Shown: positions 60,701 through 63,748 of the stretch, piece after piece
Numbering within the stretch: position 1 is the first letter of the stretch
How the letters are laid out: every line of letters begins with the position of its first letter
NCBI RefSeq assembly: GCF_001447785.1
Contig: NW_015169788.1
Coordinates: 1 to 63,748, forward strand
DNA from: Gekko japonicus
Lineage: Eukaryota
Length of the DNA: 63,748 bases
Direction: 5' to 3'
Program-made: the position numbers and the translations under genes
Notes under the pieces: generated by a model
Seen by the model: the letters and a program-made list of their open reading frames with translations, nothing else
Database searches by the model: none
What the model was told of the DNA's origin: nothing

Positions 60701-62827
60701 CTTCAGACTCCCTCCCTGAAATCAGGGGCTGTGGCAGGGGTCCGTGCCCCACACTTCCCGCAGTGAGCACAGAAGCAATGAATTCACTGAGCTTCTGTGC
60801 CACCTCCCCGAATTCTTTTAGCAATCCCTGTATTCCTGTGCCATCTAAAAGCCCGAGTGTATAGTATTTTGTTGTAAGCTGCCATGAGCAGTGTTCCCTC
60901 TAAGTTGAGTTAGTGTGAGCTAGCTCACAGGTTTTTAGCCTCCGGCTCACACATTTTTGCCTTAGCTCAGGAAGGATGGCTCCGGAGCAAACTAATTTAT
61001 GCAGTAGCCAAATTGCTCACTCACAACTTCAATGCCAGTAGCTCACAAAGTAGAATATTTGCTCACAAGACTCCACAGCTTAAAGGGAACATTGGCCATG
61101 AGCCCTGTTTCTAGGGAAGGGTGGCCTAGTAAATGTAATTTAATAAATAAACAATGTTTATTGTTATATCTACAAAAAGTGTGAAGTAGAGAAGGTCAGA
61201 TAACAGAGAGGATGGCAGAAAAAATCATGAAAGGAATAGACGAAATTAAGGTAATTAAATTTAAAGAACTTGAATATACATTTCTCACAAAATGGTACAA
61301 GGCACCAGCCCAATTAGCTAACATGACCCCAGGATTAAGCTCCCTCTGTTGGCATTGTGGACAATCTAAAGGCTGGTTTGCACAAATGTGGTGGGAATGC
61401 AGAGAAGCAAGGGCATTCTGGGAAGAAATTACTAAAGCTATAAGGAAAGTAAGTAAAATAACACTAAACACAGACCTCAGCTTAATGTTGATAAGTACAA
61501 TGGGAAGCCCGATAGTGGATAAGAAGGATCAAACCTTAGTTAAGGCTATGATATCGGCGGGGAAAGCAGTTATAGCTTTCAGTTGGAAAGACAAAAGTAG
61601 ATGGACAGTTGAAATCCGGCACAACAATTTGTTTGAGTTTATACAGTCAGACATCGTGGCAACTATACGCAAAGAGACAATATGGGAAGAAAAACCTGCA
61701 GAAGTTTGGAATAGATGGAAGACCTACTTGGAATGGATATCAAAGGAAGGAAGAAAAGACATTCAGTGGAAGATTCAGACTTTGTGCCCGTGGCTGGGGT
61801 CAAAAGAATAAAGACAACAAGAAGATAGGGAAGGGAGGAGGGAGGAAGGGGAAGGGGAGGAAATTGTAAGAAATTGAATCACATGCACTGTAGGAGTCTA
61901 AAAAGAAAAAAAAACCTAATCAAAATATACGATAAAAACAAACAATGTTTATTGTTGTCTTGATGCTTCTAGCAACCCATTTCTCTACATTCCTTTTGCA
62001 AGCCTAACTACTGACTTGTATTTCTTTCGCCAGAGCCTGTGGTCCCTCCTGCTGGAGTCTGGGGTAGACCGTCTATTTTTCAAAACAAGCCTCTTTCCTT
62101 CTTATAGCTTCATTGTTAACTTGAGCCATTAGCCACTGCGGCCTGCTCTCCGGCTGGGTGGTCCCTTTCTGGGCCGGAGGTTTGCATTCTCCCCGAGCCT
62201 CAACTCGCCTGGTTTTGAAGAGGGGTTTCCAGACATCCCGGCAGGATTGGACTTCCATTTCCCGCTCTTAATTCCCTTCTGCCGAGTCCCTCCCGAAGCC
62301 TTCCACAAGGAGAAGTCCAGAGAAGGCCAGCTCTCCTGACCTTCGCTGCAAGGCTCAGCCTGGGCACGCTCTGGGTGGGCATGGTCCCCACAGACGGGCG
62401 AGGCCTCCTACTTGTGTGGGTGCCCAGAAAGGGCCCACAGCAGGAGCCGGGCATGGTGTGTGTGTGTGTGTACCTTCGCTGCAAGGCTCAGCCTGGGCAC
62501 GCTCTGGGTGGGCATGGTCCCCACAGACGGGCGAGGCCTCCTACTTGTGTGGGTGCCCAGAAAGGGCCCACAGCAGGAGCCGGGCATGGTGTGTGTGTGT
62601 GTGGGGGGGGGGGTCCTGTGCAGGCCGGCAGCCCGAGGCCGGCCATTCTAGGGGCAGGAGGAAACTCACCCCGCCTTCTTCTTGTGTCCGGCGAACTCTC
62701 GGGCGTAGGAGAGGGCCCGCTCCCCGTACACGAACTGCTCCTCCACCATGGTCAACCCCATGGAGTTCTCCGACATGTAGGCCCGCAGGGTGGTAACCAG
62801 CCCAGCCCCACCAGGAAGCTGCTGCTG
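51763..62827 (-). CDS. GPAA1: GPI transamidase component GPAA1, exons 2-12 (exon 1 not found in window; exon 2 frameshifted as assembled)
   Basis: Exons 62827-62670, 60343-60232, 60054-59907, 59206-59105, 57567-57371, 56701-56505, 56377-56224, 54955-54872, 54310-54114, 53651-53481, 52006-51763; motifs [66 protein letters not shown]; candidate polyA signal ~51270. Confidence 0.95.
54956..56223 (-). other. U12-type (minor spliceosome) AT-AC intron 8 of GPAA1
   Basis: 5' site AAG|ATATCCTG, branch-like CCTTGAT about 10 nt before the 3' end ...CCCCAC|GCT; the splice keeps the frame (LVLK|ALDLW). Confidence 0.92.
61160..61930 (+). mobile_element. L1/Tx1-type LINE 3' fragment (ORF2 C-terminus)
   Basis: AT-rich island; ORF 61212-61811 with degenerate zinc-knuckle [18 protein letters not shown]; purine-rich 3' UTR and A-rich tail. 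Confidence 0.75.
62339..62602. repeat. 133-bp direct tandem duplication ending in (TG)n
   Basis: 62339-62471 is repeated essentially identically at 62472-62602. Confidence 0.9.
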
Positions 62828-63748
62828 CTGCAAGGGAGGGTGAGGAGGCCCAAGTTTGCTCCCCAACACACAGCCCAGGCAGAAGACGCGCCATCAGCCC
62901 TCACAGAGGGATGGAGGGGGGCAGCAAGGCACCTTCTTCCTCAGCCACCACTGGGAAAAGGAAGAGGAGAGCTGGGAAAAGGAAGGGCAGCAAAAATTAA
63001 ACTGACTTTTCCCGGCTCTCCTCTTCCTTTTCCCAGCGGTGGCCGAGAAAGAAGGCACCTTGCCGTCCCCCCGTCCCTCCTTGAGGGCTGACGGTGCGTC
63101 TCTCTGCGGAGCGACTCCCTCCTCCCCGGGCGCCTGCATGCCCAGGAAAAGGAAAGCAGCCGGAAGAGCTAGAGAAAAGCAAGGCTGCACACACCGGGGC
63201 AGTGGGGGCAGCTCCTCCTTCTGCTGGTGCTGGTGCCGCCGCGGCGCCTGGCTCCATGGAGCCAGGCTCCTCTGTCTCCTAGTGTCGGAAGCGCGCCGGG
63301 GTCCTGTGGGCTGTGCCACTGCCTTCTTCCGCCATGCTGGCCAGGCGCGTCAGCGGCCACCCCTGCCTCTCCTTCTGCGCCCTAAGGGCCGACCCGCACT
63401 CTAGGCGAGTGCCTAGATCGCCTAGCGGGTGAGCCAGCCCTGCGTGCACTTAACCACTACACCAAATTGGCTCTCTTAGGCTCTTTTAGGATTGAGGTGG
63501 CACCAGTGTTCCCTCTAAGCTGAGTTAGTGTGAGCTAGCTCACAGTTTTTTAGCCTCCGGCTCACACATTTTTGTCTTAGCTCAGGAAGGATGGCTCCAG
63601 AGCAATCTAATTTATGCAGTAGCCAAATCACTCCCTCACAACTTTAATGCCAGTAGCTCACAAAGTAAAATTTTTGCTCACAAGACTCCACCGCTTAGAG
63701 GGAGCATTCCCCAGACAGAATGGAATCCCTTGAAAAACAACAGAACAA

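Noticed and set aside
61212-61811. 199-aa ORF as a nested host gene
   Set aside because: Resembles an L1/Tx1 ORF2 C-terminus followed by an A-rich tail; retroelement remnant.
62850-63500. Candidate GPAA1 exon 1
   Set aside because: No MGLLSDP-like start with a suitable donor was found; probably outside the window or unassembled.

Overview
Vertebrate (squamate, most likely gecko, judged from Sauria/5S-Sauria/Squam3-type SINEs, BovB, CR1, L2 and Penelope repeats) genomic DNA from a gapped scaffold. It has two compositionally different halves. The left half (1 to ~31.7 kb, AT-rich) holds the 5' end of DCAF13 (-) head-to-head with a complete SLC25A32 (+), and a complete convergent CTHRC1 (-). 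The right half (~32.3 kb to end, GC-rich, SINE/hAT-dense) holds the last six coding exons of a HOIL-1L/RBCK1-like RBR E3 ligase gene (+) in the position and orientation of mammalian SHARPIN, then CYC1 (-, exon 1 probably in an N gap) and GPAA1 (-, exons 2-12, with a U12 AT-AC intron and an apparent 22-nt frameshifting deletion in exon 2). Most notable: (i) a SHARPIN-locus gene retaining a complete RING1-IBR-RING2 module with the catalytic residues, suggesting an extra catalytic LUBAC subunit; (ii) an abrupt synteny/GC break with an odd CpG-undepleted ~0.6 kb segment where that gene's 5' exons should be; (iii) an in-frame L2-BovB chimeric reverse transcriptase ORF; (iv) a Penelope-type minimal hammerhead motif; (v) a 141-bp inverted-repeat element in an intron. 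All gene calls rest on manual translation, splice-site reading and recalled vertebrate orthologue sequences; no database search was run.
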